This document shows positions 62,899 to 64,000 of a DNA stretch of 64,000 nt, in pieces. The stretch spans positions 189,722,001-189,786,000 of the forward strand of contig NC_086097.1 in NCBI RefSeq assembly GCF_963921235.1, in the 5' to 3' direction. Positions within the stretch are counted from its first letter, which is position 1, and each line of letters begins with the position of its first letter. The notes beneath the pieces are model-generated. The model was not told the DNA's origin and did not search any database. It saw only the letters and a list, made by a program, of their open reading frames with translations. This DNA comes from Mobula hypostoma (taxonomy: Eukaryota). A program made the position numbers and the translations under genes.

Positions 62899-64000
62899 TT
62901 TGAGATGCTTGAGAATCTGACACACCTGAAGGCAGATAAATCACCTGGGCCAGATGAACTACACCCCATTAAAGAGGTAGGTGAAGAAATTATGAAGGCA
63001 TTAGTAATGATTTACCCTGAATTACTAGATTCTGAAATTGTAAATATCACTCCACTATTCAAGAAAGTAGGGAGGCAGGAAAAAAAGGAAATTTTAGGCC
63101 AATTGGTTGGTTGGGAAGATGCTAGAGTATGATATTAAGAATAAGGCTTTGGGGTACATGGAGGCGCATGATAAAGTAAGCCAAAGTCAGCAGAGGTTCC
63201 TTAAGGAGATACCTTGCCTGATAAATCTATTAGAGTTCTTTGAGGAACTAACAAGCATAATATACAAAGGAGAGTCAGTGGATGTTATTTAATTGGATTT
63301 TCAGAAGCACTTTGACAAGGTGCCACACAGGAGGCTGCTTAACATGACAAGAGCCCATGGTATTATGGGGAAGTTACTCGCTTGGATTCAAGATTGGTTG
63401 ACTGGAAGAAGGAATGAGTGACAATAAAAGGGGCATTTTTGGTTTGTCTGCCAGTATCTCATAATGTTCTGCAGGGTTTGGTATTTGGACAAATTCTTTT
63501 CACATTATATGTCCACAATGTAGATGACAGAATTGATGGCTTTGTAGCCAATTTCACAGACAATACAAAGATAGGTGGAAGGGCAGATAGTGTTGACAAA
63601 GCAGGGAGTATGCAGAAGGGCTTAGACAGATTTGGAGAATGGGCAAAGAAGTGGCAGATGGAATATAATGCAGGGAAATGTATGGTCGTGCACTTTGGCA
63701 GAGAAAAATAAAAGGATAGATTATTTCCTAAACAGGGAATAAACTCAAAGTTAGAGGTTCAAAGGGACTTGGGAGTCTTTGTGCAAGATTACCCAAAGGT
63801 TAGCATGCAGATTGAGATGGTGGTAACGATAGCAAATACAATGTTAGCACTTATTTTGAGAGGACTAGAAAAGAAGTGCACGGACGTATCGCTGAGGCTT
63901 TATAAGGCATCGATCAAGCTGCACTTGGGAGTATTGTGAGCATTTATGTGGGCAATTATCTAAGAAAATGACATGGGTAGGAAAAGGGAAGAGGTCCTGA

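Larger units (their letters stand above)
59650..64000 (+). mobile_element. Degraded CR1 LINE including ORF1 esterase remnant, EN and RT; split by a Rex1 insertion and running off the window end
   Basis: GEGEQPEVIVDVGTNDR (SGNH-type GxND motif), an EN remnant at about 60230-60860, then LKADKSPGPDELHP and FTDNTKIGG after 62900. Confidence 0.87.

Overview
This is vertebrate genomic DNA, most likely from a cartilaginous fish (ray or shark). That assignment is an inference from HER1/HE1-type CR1 tails, Neptune-type Penelope elements and Rex1/Babar LINEs. The only host-gene sequence I can support is one 76-nt internal coding exon on the minus strand (41434-41509, [26 protein letters not shown]), which best fits RALYL of the hnRNP-C/RALY family. 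The window is therefore probably almost all intron. Roughly two thirds is degraded, often nested, transposable-element sequence: CR1, Rex1/Babar, RTE, Penelope-like elements (PLE), a Gypsy LTR element, hAT, Tc1, Harbinger and SINEs. Nearly all long ORFs in the track are TE remnants or their antisense shadows. Four observations stand out. (1) A PLE family carries minimal type-I hammerhead ribozymes, and two copies keep an intact core. (2) These PLEs repeatedly insert as fold-back structures with 11-14 bp target-site duplications, and several breakpoints fall at the ribozyme. (3) A TE-free block holds six GCAGSTG E-boxes in 323 bp and is a candidate neural enhancer. (4) Several non-autonomous LINE-derived elements lack a tRNA head. 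I found no convincing wholly new coding system. Family names come from recalled motifs, not database searches, and boundaries without a TSD are approximate.
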